This document shows positions 25,301 through 39,420 of a stretch of DNA of 64,000 bases, piece by piece. The notes below the pieces were generated by a model. That model saw only the letters and a list, made by a program, of their open reading frames with translations. It ran no database searches and was not told the DNA's origin. The position numbers and the translations under genes are program-made. The stretch spans positions 496,001 to 560,000 of the forward strand of contig NW_026782051.1 in NCBI RefSeq assembly GCF_031769215.1, read 5' to 3'. Within the stretch, counting starts at the first letter, position 1; each line of letters opens with the position of its first letter. Source of the DNA: Ylistrum balloti. Taxonomy: Eukaryota.

Positions 25301-26660
25301 ATATGAAAATTCAACGTTTATATGTATACATGTATCAAAACTGTTATTATTGTGTTCCGCCATGTTTAATATTTGTTGTTTATATGTGACCTCTTGTAAC
25401 ACACTCTGTGTGTCTGAGCGTACAATAAAATCTGAAATCTGTAAATCTCGCGTTACGTTTTGCCTGTCGATGTACACTTGTATACGTATACCGGGTATAG
25501 CGCGTGTGTGCTGTACGTGAGTCGTGGTCAACTACAAACTGGACATGTGACACTTGACAGACTTTGACGAAGTTGTTAGATTGGTTGAAAGTTTCTGTCT
25601 TGTGGGTTTCTTTTATTGTCCTTAGTATTTCGGTACGTTTGAGTTTTATCTCTCCAAGTGAACGGTTGGATTCTTTTGTCAGGAAGACTGTCTCTGTATT
25701 CTTCAGTGTAAGTTTAATACATTTTTTTTTATATTTCCAGTTGTTTCCCTAGTTTACCTCTCTGGTCGAATGAGTAATTGTGTAAGTGAAATATTAGTAA
25801 ATTATCTAAAAATGTAATTGATCAGTATATTGTCATCAGTGTTTCATGTAGCGTATACGTGCACGGTAATGTTTCTTGTGATATTTCTTAAAACGGTACG
25901 TTCTGTGATTAGGTTGTATTTGAATATTGTAAGTAAGAATATGTAATGTATTCATTGTAGCATTTGTACCTGCTATTGTGATGTCAACTCCTTGACTAAA
26001 TTATGTAATATCATCTGTGCTGTTATATATTATAGTTAAATATTTGTGTAGAGTGATACTATTTTCATTTCTTTGTTAACGTTGTGATTTGTTGGAGTTT
26101 GAATTGTCAATAGATGTCATATGGTGGGAGAGTCGGGTTTTATTTCTTTCTATATGTTTCAGAATGTTTCTCTCTCTTGTAATAAAACATCGAACCCAGC
26201 TGCTCTGATCATACCGCTACAGATATTTTACTATATTTACAATGTGGAAGTTAAGTTAAACACAATTGTTACAGGTTGTCTATACCATGCTCAAATAAAG
26301 ACATGAAATCTGTTCAGAGTTCTGACCATAGTTTACTGTCGAACCGAAAGAGCATGAACTCCGTACAAAAATAAAACAATATAACTACAGTATACATAAG
26401 CACCAGGCAAATATAACTAAAAACATATTAGTATGGAACATCACTATCATTTCAATAAAATATGATACGCTAATATAATAATTGATTACTAGCGAGTAAC
26501 TCTATACAGTATAACGATATCTACACGAACTATGTCCAGGTAAATACGGACATAAAGTATATAGAATAGATACAGTACAAGTATAAACAGTATCTGTAGT
26601 TATGTGAAATACATCTTATATAGATGAACCGGCTAAATTACCTGTGTGTGACGTAAAGTA

Positions 26661-26865
26661 NNNNNNNNNNNNNNNNNNNNNNNNNNNNNNNNNNNNNNNN
26701 NNNNNNNNNNNNNNNNNNNNNNNNNNNNNNNNNNNNNNNNNNNNNNNNNNNNNNNNNNNNNNNNNNNNNNNNNNNNNNNNNNNNNNNNNNNNNNNNNNNN
26801 NNNNNNNNNNNNNNNNNNNNNNNNNNNNNNNNNNNNNNNNNNNNNNNNNNNNNNNNNNNNNNNNN
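26661..26865. other. Assembly gap (205 N)
   Basis: Run of N bases. Confidence 1.
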
Positions 26866-26939
26866 ATACTAAAAACAAAACAAACAAATTATTTTCAAAA
26901 TACTGTATATAGTTTATCGGCACTTCATTAGTGGGTCAG

Positions 26940-28130
26940 TATATTTTTCTTGAAATCACAAATTACAAACTTTCTCCCATTTTTTCCATTTCTTTTTGAA
27001 ATTTTCCATGGCAATTTCACCTTGACTATTAGCAGTGTATTTTTGTGAATTATAATGGTATTTTATTGTGATAATAAGACTATTAATGTTCAGAGAGTTG
27101 TGAAGGCATCGCATCTTGTATATATATTGTTTGATTAGAAGAAGTGTTTCATTGTCAACTTTGTGTATATTGAGATTTGGTGATGTCAGTCCAAAAATGA
27201 AAGATTGTTTATTGAAATCAAATGGAATGAATAGAGCTTCTAGTAAAATTTTAAAGCTATCAAGTATTTTTTTAACTTCTTTACACTCCCACAAAGTATG
27301 TATTATTGTTTCAGTTTCTGCATTACATAAAGTACACAACGGAGAAATAACAAGATGTTATTTGAAAAGAAAGAATTTCTTGTTAAGATATGGTGGTCAA
27401 CTCTGTACTGAAACCATTGTAGCTTTGTGCTTCTAGTAACAGAGAAAGGAATTTTGTATATTTGATCCCAAGTTAAATCATTCAGATCAAAAACTTTGTT
27501 CCATTTCCTTTTCCCTGTTGGTATAGTGTTGTTTTTTTTATCAAAATGTTGTAAAAATCTTTGGAGCCTTTTCTTTTCATCATAAATATTTCTAAATTTG
27601 TTGGTATAAAAGGATATGGGGGTTTTGAGTTTGGGATTTCATTGGAAGATAGAAACTTTTTCACAGCTCATAAAATGCTGTGGTAATGAAGGAAGTTTGT
27701 TGTCACATCATATGTGTGAAGAATTTCCTGATAACTGTAAAAACTCCCTAATTCATGATTTTTTATCAAGTCATTTATGACAATAATATTTTTTTCAAAA
27801 AGATTTTTAGAGAAAACTGATTTCTTACCAACAGTTATATTTCTGTTGTACCAAATAGGTGTTTTTAAAATAGAATCTCCTTTTGGGGTATTTTTTTTCA
27901 TTAATCAATGTTAATTTGTTCCAGGCTTTAAAAACATCAATCCAAAACTTACTTTTAATTTTTTGCTGTACAAAGTCAACACTACAGTTTGCTAATAGGT
28001 CTATATTAACAGTATTTTTCAGAATTACTTGCCATTTAGCTGTGGTCTGAAAAAGCCTTCAAATCCAACCTAGTTTTAAAGAAGTCTGCAAAGTTACAAA
28101 TGAAATATATAACTTATGAGTACAAATGAA
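26940..28130 (-). mobile_element. 3' fragment of Tx1/L1-clade LINE ORF2
   Basis: FWIDVFKAW..TPIWYNRNI..INDL..KLQWFQYR..HHIL..CTLCNAETETIIHTLWEC (zf-RVT-type C-terminus). Confidence 0.85.
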
Positions 28131-29539
28131 TAGACTGTAATTCTAATGAAAATATCAGAATGTAGATTTAAATAAATGACATTCAAGAAGATCCAAATAG
28201 ATTAATTTGAAATAACGCAACATCGTAAAGATATGAAAATACAGGTAAGTATAATCGTAATGTTTACAATACCTAGATCATAGTGCCCATACTAATGATC
28301 AAATACAATAACATTAGGTGGGAGTGTAAAGGATATTAGAATAACAAAACTTACTTTACTGACTTGCAGGTATTTCACGATTACTATTACCAAAGCGTCC
28401 GATCCATCCGTCGGTCAGTCAAACAATGACCGGAACTTACAAAAACCGTGAAATCAAAAGAACCAATAAAATAAGGCATAAGACTGTGACGTACGACAAA
28501 ATTAAGCTGACCAATGACCACACGACACTATTTAAAAAGGCAATAACGAGACTAACCACTTAAGTCTACACGTGACGAATGAACAAGATACAGTATAGAC
28601 GTAAACTAATGAATAAGATTTATTAGTTACGGAGACAATACAATTCACATTATATTAAAAGTCGGTCCTGCCACACAATCTTTGTTTTATGCGTGCCATT
28701 GCAATAAGATAATTAGAACTCTGAGACCTGTCCAGCATTTGTTTTGATAGAAAATGCAGCTCTTCGAACGCGCCCTATACAAACTATTTCCACACGAATG
28801 CGCATAATTGTATCAACATCCGGTACGAGAGAAAGCGAACAAAAGGAAGAAGATATGCGATAATCCGGAGATAAACGCGTGTATGAAGGCTAAATCAGGG
28901 TACGAATGTGATCAGATGATTTGCATCACGGTAAGTTTGCCATACGTTGTGTTATATGATACATTAAATCCGTTATTGAGGCCTAGCTACTACATGAACT
29001 TTTTAGGAGATGGACAAACCGTGTATATCCGTCTTTATAAAGCTACAGCAAATATGTTAAAATGATCAAGCCGGCTATATCTTAGCATCGTCCCATTTGG
29101 GAAAGTTAAAACATACATCGAAAATGCTAAAATGTGTCCCTCGTAAGTTCCATATGAATTTATAAATGTTTTAGAGGAAATAACTCTTATATAAATCATA
29201 GACCGGACTAGAGCTCTACCGTAGTATTTTGGTGTCATCATTTATTAATAATTATTATCATTATTAATGTCATTCATGTACAACGTGCACCATGAGTGTT
29301 TTAAATTATATTTTTAAGAAAATTGTTTATAGAAAGTATAGTTTAGTCTGACAATTGCGGGTCCGAGTGATATATAGAGCGACGATAATTCATTGTATAG
29401 TGGGGCATTATATAGTACGATACACTTATATATTTCTTTAGTACTATTTTGATTTACGTTATGAAAGGGTTTCTTTGGGAAAATCAACAAGGAAAAGGGG
29501 GTTAGGGACATCTTTAGGGGGACACATACAGAAATAAAG

Positions 29540-30125
29540 ATTTTTTAGTGGGACGATGGTCGGAGTAGAGCGACGACCATTCGTGGTATAATTCACAGAA
29601 CATAATTATGATAATTGGCGCTATATTTGATTCTATAACCCCTGCAAGTAATGGTATGTTACATGTCCATTAACAAATCGAATATCATGTACTATTAAAA
29701 CCACTGTCCCACTAAAAATCTCTATGTGAGATTGTCGTTGTGTGATAAGTCTACAGATCAATTTAACATTTGTTCAGTCAAATAACTTATCAACAATGTA
29801 AGTATGAAAAAATGTCTATTCTATGAAGAGAAACTGAGTTTTATTTCGTCAACCATATTCGCAATATAGAATGAAGCAATAAATACTACTCCGACCATTG
29901 TCCCACTAAAACAAATTTTTGCCTTCCCCCCTCCGCTTTCCCTCAAAAATATGTTCCTAGCCTCAATTTCCTTGTCGATACCCCCAAAAGTAAGACCTTT
30001 CAAATTGTAGAATGAGAAAAGAAAGTAAAGAAATATTGAACTGTATCGTAGTATAGAATGAAGCGTATAAAAAGCAATGATTGTCGCTCTGTATACTACT
30101 CCGACCATTGTCCAACTAAAAAAAT
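29540..30125. repeat. Probable non-autonomous element with a 27-bp motif in inverted and direct copies
   Basis: CTACTCCGACCATTGTCCCACTAAAA occurs inverted at about 29543-29569, direct at about 29886 and 30096, and partially at about 29703. Confidence 0.5.
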
Positions 30126-30430
30126 CACTATAAGATTGTCATACTGTGAAAAGTCTTTTGCATAGTACCATTTATGGACTGATCCTTGAAAAAACATAGC
30201 CAAAAGGCGGCCATCTTGGATTTTTACAATAATAGTTATCACAATTTTCATATGTAGATTTCCTTTGGTTCTTAGTTGTGTGTCACTATCGGCTGCATTA
30301 CCAGAAATAAATAGGTCGGTTTTTGACGAGTAATTGCTGCAATACATAAATAAAAAATATTCAGTTCTAGAATTAGTTTATTGAAAAATAGTATACGAAT
30401 AATAATAACAATGTGTTGTCAATAACTAAG

Positions 30431-30493
30431 ATAGACCGTAGGACCCATGAAATAGACCGTGCGACCCCATGAAGTAGACCGTGCGACCCCATG
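30431..30493. repeat. 21-22-bp tandem repeat x3
   Basis: ATAGACCGTGCGACCCCATGAA units. Confidence 0.85.
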
Positions 30494-31496
30494 AAAATAC
30501 GACTGATGTCACCTGTGCTATAGACTCTTGTGTAGCATTCATTGACATTTAATTAAAACTTACCGATGGAATGCATCAGCTGGTAACATTGTTGGTCCAA
30601 TTCGATTTTTTATCTCTGTATCAGCGCACGGTTATAGTTATTTTTGAGGATAGGACTGAAGTTTTTCCGATCTTACTAAATTAAGTACAGCTTCCCAAAA
30701 GTTGGTAAATGTGTACGCTGTGTGCCAAAATTGCATCTGAAGCCTGAGAAACCCTATGTTTTTAGTGCATATTGCTCAAATTAACAACTTTGATGGTATG
30801 TAAATATCAACATCTGACACATATCTGTTAATATGATTTGGATATAACTCTTTGAAATTACCCATCCAAATTATTTGTCACTTTTTGGTTGAATCAGGCG
30901 TTTACACGCATACCCTTTTCACATCTTTAACGAAGTTCAGAGTGTTTCAATAATAACATCATGTATTTCTTTTGTTTCAGCACATACGTATATACGTCTG
31001 GCATCGACGTTAAGGAGCAAATACTCGACGACAGAGATAAGGAGACGTGCCCCATTATATTTACAATATCTGAATTATTGTTCCAGGAACGTGAAATCTA
31101 TAGCTTGAATCTTATAAATTAGAGTATCAAAACCTTTGCCGTAATCCCCATTATTCGGGAACATAGGAAACATTGTGAGCATCTGAATGCACATCATGCA
31201 AGAATTGACAATAAGAAATCAAAGACGCCAGCAGTACAAATAATAATTCAAAAATATATAAGCCTTATACAATAGGATATTTTTGTTGTAGAAATAAGTA
31301 AAATTGATGACAAATAATCGGGATTGACCAAAACATAATCGTGTTCCATGACGGGTTCGGTGAATAGACAGCCTGGGGCTGGGGCAATGATGAAACAAGT
31401 CAAGATTCATCGTATAACAGGGGTAGCACTGAAGTTACACAGCATCAGGACACACAAACAAATAAGAATTCGTATGATACTCAACCAAACGTAGGA

Positions 31497-32756
31497 GTGA
31501 ACAGTCACAGAGACATATCTTTATCAGATAAAATTACGTCGACTGATTTAGGAAACGGAAGGACAAGGATTGAGTATACCGATGACGTTAATCCTAGTAT
31601 GCTTGTTAATATGTCAAGACATGACTTACAAATTTCAACAATGAAAAACAATCCGATTGAAGATTTCCAGGAAAGAACAGATCTGATCAATAAACTACCA
31701 GACATTTTAGAAGCAAATACTAATGAATTACAGCAGTGTCCAAGTGATTTACATAGTGTCACAGGGAAGGTATGTCAACGACTTGAAACGTTGACCAGTG
31801 AAAGTCCAATCAAATGCAAAATTTGTGGAAAAGTTTTTACCAAGAAGAAGAGTTTAGAAACACACCTTAGGACACACACAGAAGAAACTCCCTTCAATTG
31901 TGATATATGTGGAAAAGGATTTAAGTTTTCTGCAGCTTTAAAGAGACATCTACGAGTTCACACAGGTGAAAAACCTCACGGATGTGATGTATGTGGGAAG
32001 AAATTTGGTAGCAAAGGACATCTAAAGGAACATTTGATAACCCATACGGGAATAAAACCTCATAAGTGTGAAGTGTGTGGCAAGGAATTCGGCCAAACAG
32101 GAGACTTAAAGAAACACGCCAAGATTCACACAGGGGAAAGACCATATGTATGTGAAATATGTGGAAGGGGTTTCGGTCGATCTGGGCATCTGAAAACACA
32201 TCGCATTATACATACTGGAGAAAAACCATATACATGTGATTTTTGTGGAAAAAACTTCAGTCGAGCAAGTCATTTAAAAGGACATTTGACGATTCACACG
32301 GGTGAAAAACCATTTGTATGTAAAATTTGTGGGAAGGATTTCAACCAGTCTGAAAATCTTAATCAACACTTAAAGATACACACAGGCGAAAAACCCTTCA
32401 AGTGTGATGTTTGTGGAAAGGAAGTGAGTCAGAAAAATACACTGATTGCTCACCTTCGCATACATACAGGAGAAAAACCTTTCAAGTGTGATATTTGTGA
32501 AAAAGAATTCGCTTGGCAGGACAATTTGAAACGACACCTGATGGTACATGCTGAGGTGAAAACATTTAAGTGTGAAACATGTGGAAAAGGTTTCAACAGA
32601 AAGGAACATCTGAAACGACATATTGTTTGGAGACATCAGGGAAAGAAGATGTTTAAATGTGGTATCTGTCAGCAAGAGTTTACAGAAAGTGGAAACTTAA
32701 AACGACATCACATCAGAAAGCATTCTGCTAAGACACATAATGACATTGGACATTAG
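31497..32756 (+). CDS. C2H2 zinc-finger protein, 11 tandem fingers (N-terminus uncertain)
   Basis: Uninterrupted ORF with 11 CxxC..HxxxH units and TGEKP linkers. The frame is open from 31368 and the first ATG is near 31596. The upstream part of the exon (from the acceptor at about 30981) contains stops and frameshifts. Confidence 0.85.
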   Translation: MNSHRDISLSDKITSTDLGNGRTRIEYTDDVNPSMLVNMSRHDLQISTMKNNPIEDFQERTDLINKLPDILEANTNELQQCPSDLHSVTGKVCQRLETLTSESPIKCKICGKVFTKKKSLETHLRTHTEETPFNCDICGKGFKFSAALKRHLRVHTGEKPHGCDVCGKKFGSKGHLKEHLITHTGIKPHKCEVCGKEFGQTGDLKKHAKIHTGERPYVCEICGRGFGRSGHLKTHRIIHTGEKPYTCDFCGKNFSRASHLKGHLTIHTGEKPFVCKICGKDFNQSENLNQHLKIHTGEKPFKCDVCGKEVSQKNTLIAHLRIHTGEKPFKCDICEKEFAWQDNLKRHLMVHAEVKTFKCETCGKGFNRKEHLKRHIVWRHQGKKMFKCGICQQEFTESGNLKRHHIRKHSAKTHNDIGH

Positions 32757-35115
32757 GAGCTATTGATGCAACCATTAAGATACCTCATAGATAATTTCAC
32801 TTAATTCATAATAATGTATTATAATTTTCTGAATTGACCCTAAGAATTTATAACTCACGTTGAAGGCAGTAATATTTACGTAATGTTATCAACCCCTGGC
32901 ATGAATGTTATAACATAATTACAAAATTCCACATATACATACAAGTAGGTAGATATGCATTTACTGATTTAGCTATCACTGCATGAGTCTGTTGTTAAGA
33001 ATTTGCGTATAATATAATTTGAAAGTATTGATATTGGTCAATACAAATGAATTATTCATAACCCTTTAACAATTTTTTAAACTTGATAGGTATTTATGTA
33101 AGTGAAAGTTAAAAGAGAAGAGAAACATTGAATCGAAATACTAAGCATACATTCAACTTACTTTGCCAGGAACACAAAATTGATACATGTACATTAGAAG
33201 ATCAGTGTTAAGGGTGGACTCCGCTGATGTTTAACAGGAAGTAGGACATAATTAAATGTAAAAAAATTCCAACGTAATATCCTGGCCTCTCGTTTTTAGG
33301 ATTTTAGGATACGTTATCTATGGTTGTACTTACAAGTTGAAAACGGATGTTTTAAACGGCGTCTTAAAGAAATTTCGTTTGTATATTTTTGGCAAATACT
33401 GTTAGCAATGATTCTGGTAAATGTGTTCAATTTCCGTTTAGTACCTTATCGATTCTGTCAGGACCTAGCCATTAATACTTCAACGACGGAAGTTAATGAT
33501 GGTCAGTTCACGATCATCAATTGCGTCTCTACCACCACTTAGTCTGAACTCCCCCCACCACCACCACACACAGAGTAAAACTCACGAAAAAAATATGCAT
33601 GGCCTACACTTCATGTGGTTGTGTCCACATTTATTAGGTACAGTGTAATCCCCATTTAAGTGATTCAAGTTTTGTAACATTTGATATGATTATTTTCGTA
33701 TGATTTACACTATACAGATAAAAACTACTAACAATGAAGTAGTTGTACACTGTATTTCATTAAGGTATATAGAGGGCACCTCTACAAATCAGCGAAAAAC
33801 ACACCATATGTGAGGTATTTGTCTTCATATGAACGATATCCACATAAAATATCGTATCATACGTTTTAAATAAACTGTATCCATAAGTTTTGTTCTGTTT
33901 TCTACATTGCTCTTTTTATCTCATCACTCATTTCCACTCTTGGTGTTCCTCTTGACACTGTCCTTTTGTTCTGAAGGGGTATGCCATTTACAAGATGGAT
34001 TTAAGAATAAATCACATCGCATTTAATATTAACGGTAAAGATGAAAATCTGAAATCGACGCCTGTCAAAATATATACATAAATAGGTGCGAAAGTACAGG
34101 TAGTATAAGTAAATCCCAGGAACAATCAGAACAATTAACAACTTCCATGGTATTACAAATAATGACAATAGGAAACAACTACGGAGCAGATAACAGATAC
34201 ATACAATCTTATAATCTTGTCTGAGTAAAAATCAATTAATGACAGTGAATTCTTGTATAAATTACAGAAATAAATCAATATTAAGTTCATGTGAATAGGG
34301 ATACACACATATTTAAAAGTTTACAAAGTATAAATGAACTTCGACTATTTTCATGTTTTTTCTGTCGTTAATGCAGTGTAATATTTCCTGTAAATGTTAC
34401 CAGACTCGAGATAAATATAAAAATAACTATTGAATAAACATGAGGACAATGATAAAAGTACATTTAAGATTATGTATTAAAAAAAAAAAGATATTTAATG
34501 TATTTTATAAACATTGTTATTTTATGAAATGCTAATTTAACTAGTACATGGGTATGCTCTAATGCATGCCAATGTCGGGACAAATTAAAACATGGCATGC
34601 AAGTCCACCAGCAGTATCCACCACCTGGATATAGAAAATTGTATAAAAGACAAGAGAAGGGCATCTTTCACTATATATTGATAGTTTACTACAGCAGAGC
34701 CAAATAATGAATTAAACTGCATCACACAGCAGTCTTTGCAGGCTCATCAATGAAGTGCTCCAATGTTACAGATTTAGCAAGGTTTTCCTTCAGAAATGTA
34801 TATTTTCGATATTTGATCGAATAGTTACACATGAAAAAATAAGTTTGACAAGTAAATAATAAGTACGGGTAACAGGTGTAGTTATGTACACAGGGAATTA
34901 CAACTCTACTACACGTCACCTTTGTAGTTCGTGAGTTGTAAATGATAAAACCTATTTAGGTATTAAGGAAATGACATGATTTATATATACTTGGAAGCAC
35001 ATTTACATGTAATAATGCCGCCCACAGATGTAAGAACGCAATCGCAAGACTATGAAATAGGTTCCCTGTGTGTTTACATTGCATTCCTCTGGACAGCATC
35101 TAGATACATTCAAAG

Positions 35116-37998
35116 ATGAACGTCGTGTTGATTTCTTTGCTGTTTGGTGCCGTATTGTACACAGAAGGTATGATAAATATCATAGAAACCAAACAGACAA
35201 ATGGAACTTTTGTAACCTATTTTACATTGTAGATATGTAGGGTAATGAAAAATTGATTAACACGATTCAGGAAAGGTTTTGACGGATAAAAGTAGTATGT
35301 TACATAGTTGTAACCTACATATAGGTTTTCTCCTGAATTTTATCTTCCACTTTACGGAAAGTCACACATCCAATCTAGAGTATTTCGACATCTTCTATAG
35401 ACCCAGTGGTTTCCTTTTTCTTTTGATTCCCTTTTTTCTATAGTCTGTGTAGTTTGTCCCTTTTATCAGCGACTATTTTGGTCTTTTTGTTTGCTAGTTT
35501 TTGACATGTCCTTTCCTTGGGTTTTAGTATAGTATTTGTTTCAAAGTGACAAGAAAGGACTTTGAAATGTATTTGTTATCTGTTCTGATAAATTCTACAT
35601 ATTTTGCTATCAGACTCAACACAAAGATAATGACAACTCGAAATGCCATCATTTTGCATGGCTTTGGACGTACAAATCACATCTGTCATGTAGATATGTG
35701 CAAACTTAACATGACTTTACATGCCTGTGCTTAACTGACTGCAATTGGTCAGCATTGCGTTTGTGGTGCAACAGGAATCATTTTCCTCTTCAAGAATATA
35801 TCATTTCTTCAGAAGAATCTTGTGTTATGACTTTCATTGTGCTTTTTGCTATTACCCCAAATGTTATAGCTGTCACATCAATATTGCACAAATGCGAGTA
35901 ATTAATAAAAGGAGATGATTAATTATGTTGAAAATTTCATTTTCATTTATATTAATGAAAAACCCAAAGTGAAAAATATGTCTTGGTTTCGTAACCTTTA
36001 AGCTATATAGGCTTGTTGACACGCTTTCCATTTCAGTGGCTGGCTGGCAGACACCGTGAAAAAATCCTGGTATGAAGCAACGGTAAGATAATTTCACGCT
36101 GAAGGAAATGTTCATGGTGCTGTGAATTTTGATTACTAAACTAAGCTTGTAATATAATTGACAAAGGAAAATATCAATTAAATCAATTGTTCGTGTAATT
36201 GCGGATTTATGCACGAATTATAATAATTACAAACATGTGCAAAAAAAAGAGTAAATGCCTATGTTTCTGTGATGAAATAAAATGAAAATCTGCATTTAAA
36301 TTCTTTTCGTATTATATAATATGTTTAAGCGACGTTACGAGTTTTTCCGGTCAAAAACATTCTTTTACAAAGTGATCTTTTTTTATTACACAGTAAGAAT
36401 GTGCCAGACTCGGAGGAGCTCTTGTCTCCTTTAACTCTCAAAAGGAGTTATGGTGGGTCAAAGGTTACGTCAAAGAGCTATGTAATAGTAAATATTTTAC
36501 CAAGACCACGATTTTTAAATATATTTTATACATTGATGATGGTTCTACAAACCCTACAAACTCAACGTGAAAAGTTTATCACTATTGAAAATTGAAGATA
36601 TAACTTAATGCAATGAGACAACCATCAGTAATTTGATTTTCTTGGAATGGGATTGGGGTTGAATGGATGTTGGTGGCTGGATGATAAGTAGTAATTGGTG
36701 GTACAATAACAAGGACGTCGTAAAACAGATCTTATGGAAAACGTATTAGGTATTTTCTCAAGGGTTTCCATCAAGATCTGCTAAGTATAAGTGAGGCGTA
36801 TCGAGTGGAAATTACCTTGCTTTAACAAATCCATTAAATAACACTTGGTACTTATATCTAGAAAGAAATTACTGGTTCAGTGGAAATGACGTCAGACATG
36901 AAGGGATATGGTCGTGGAACCCTAACACTGGAGAAATAAACCGAGACTGTAGAGACTGGGCACATGGCGAGCCAAACAGCTGGAGAGGACTCGAACAGGA
37001 CTGCGCTCTAATGTGGGCTAGCAGGGGCTACAGTTGGGACGACGAACAGTGTCATCTACCTAAGGAGTACATCTGTGAACGACACATGGTAAATATACTA
37101 AAACTAACATATTCTTGGTGTTTGTAATATACCGAGAGAATTGGTCATACGTTTTCTTTGTGAACTGAACCGAATACTCATACAGTCGTTGGTTAGGTTT
37201 GGTTGGCTGTTTACATGTTTACAGCCTATTCATTTTCACGGCCGACACACGTCAGTGTCCAGGCTTCATGCGATTATATGTGATTCTCATCATAGTGTGA
37301 AACCGTCTTACCGATGTACCAATATAGAGTAGATTTTGCAATTGATTCCAGCCCTTATGTGGCTATATCCTGATAAATACTGGAAATCTTAGGTAGCCTC
37401 GTCACATCCACGTCTAGATTTCCCGGAAAGGGAGTCAAAGGATTGGGCGTGGTCTTAACAATTTGAAACAATCAAAATAAATTTTGAAGTCCATCTTATT
37501 TCCTAATAACAAATATATATTATTTGTATATCGGGCCTATCCCTTTTAATGTGCTCACTTACGTCACATTTTATGACTGTGTATATGCAGCAGTGTAAAC
37601 ATACATGATTCTTTGGTTGTTCTGGAAGATAAGATAGGATGATTTAAGATAATACTGGATAATTGAGATTACTTACGGATTACGGTAAAGTGTGTTAGAT
37701 TATGTTATTATATTAACTCTTAGCAGTTGTTTTAATAAGTTTCAACCAAATTCTCAAGCATTTTTACGTTTTTGTCTCAAATTTTTGTCATATTCTTTTG
37801 TCAACTTTCATCATTCTATTATTTTATTTGTACTTGAGAAAATGAGTCTGAAAATCACAAATATAATTGTTATCAAAAATCTACATATCAGTATTCCTAG
37901 TAAGTCACTTCCTTAATTTAGTAATGTTTTCACACCACGTAATAAACCAATCCGTTGTTTTTCAGTTTTCAGAGACAGTATGCTCCTGTCGGATCTAA
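35116..37998 (+). pseudogene. Perlucin-like C-type lectin pseudogene (copy A), 5 exons
   Basis: Exons 35116-35167, 36037-36082 (net 46-nt deletion removing CPPGWVPNGGHCYLF, causing a frameshift), 36394- (first codon TAC changed to TAA), 36862-37088 and a terminal exon ending at 37998. Confidence 0.9.
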
Positions 37999-38849
37999 AA
38001 GGACTGCAATTTCCTTCAGATGTACAAACACAAATGTGTCAGGGAAACAGATTAAACTGTCACCATTTTTTACTTTGTTGTAGTTTATTTCTCAAGTCAT
38101 TATCATTACCAATCACTCACGATGACGTTAATCATACATATTATACTGTAATATACTACGGATTTCGTAACAAATATGGACACTTTTGATTTGGAATCAC
38201 CACCTCAGAATTTAGTAGAATAAACAAATTTAACTTGTAGATGACTTCCGTCGAATTATCATATAAGCGATTTACAATTCTGCCTGGTCGTGTTTCCTTT
38301 TTCATTTTACCAGTCTGAAATTTGCTGACCCACCTGAAAACAGTTTTCCGAAACGGTAAAAGTGTCAAGTGTATTGCGCAACTCTGCTTGTGTCTTTTTT
38401 TAATGTACATGGACAAGGCGGGTATTTAATTTAATATCAGTCTCAGTGGAGAAGTGCCTTACTTGTTCAATTCATAGCGATTTTTGTGTTAAAGATTTCA
38501 CACGTGTATTGCTATTACTGCCTTTGTGATATGTTTATCATTGCCTGTTTGTACCACGTAACAATGACTACTTATTGAATTTCCCTTTTACACACAAACA
38601 AATGAAAATATTATCCTTTGCAGGTCAAAGGCCATAAAACTCCTTGGCACATATAGATGTTATGAACATGCCCATTCCATAATGATTCCGTCCTCAAAGG
38701 CAACGTCATTATAACCATGGATATTGAAGGGGAACGATTTACACATAAGACTCCTGGAAAATTATTAAGAGAATAAGCATCTTCTGCTTCATCGACGACA
38801 TCACCATATAAAGTTTGGTCAATCCAATCTCAAATGGGAACAAGGTATA

Positions 38850-39420
38850 CAACAACGGAATCAACAGGCAAATTAATGAGCATCAAATTCCCCAAGCTTC
38901 ATTTCACGAAGAACTGAGAGAATATTTCTCAATGAGATCACTATGGCGACAATAAAACTTTCCCATAATTTTCATTAACCTGCATCTCCATCAATTGACG
39001 ACTTCTTGCACGAAAATCATGATAATGGGAACAGATCCTTGAATATCGAATCGGAAATGGAAAATTCACAATAGAGGATTTGAAATCACCACGCTTATCA
39101 TACAGCTTGATGAAAAGCTGTCCATGTTGGTTTCGTTGTAATAAATAATCGATGTAGAAGGGACTATGGTATCCTTGATTTTCCTTTAATTTGAATTTGC
39201 AAGATCTTTGTGAGTGTTTTGATAAGCTCTTCAATAAACTCAGCCTCGTGAGAAAACAAGTCAGCCAACAGAGGGGCGCAGTTAGTTTCCAGGTATGCCA
39301 ATAGTCTGTTGGAAGATCTTTCCACCAATCTCGACGAAGATGTTGTCGACCAGAAACTCCTCCGTATATTCCTTCTTTGATTTGGACGGTTTTTTTCCCA
39401 AGAAATACGCTTAAGTATAG
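38850..39420 (-). mobile_element. Penelope-like RT fragment
   Basis: LVDNIFVEIGGKIFQQTIGIP..KLYDKRGDFKSSIVNFPF..IRYSRIC, degenerate. Confidence 0.7.

Noticed and set aside
25274-25800. Coding-like minus-strand stretches after the LINE
   Set aside because: No recognisable motif or convincing splice sites; cannot be supported without a search.
26633-26931. ORFs containing X runs
   Set aside because: Artefacts of the N gap.
33209-33545. Possible short Kolobok-type non-autonomous element starting TTAAGGGTGG
   Set aside because: No convincing matching inverted end or second TTAA was found.
34470-34664. Cys/Trp-containing 64-aa ORF (GGGYCWWTC)
   Set aside because: Short, with no family motif or signal peptide; consistent with chance.
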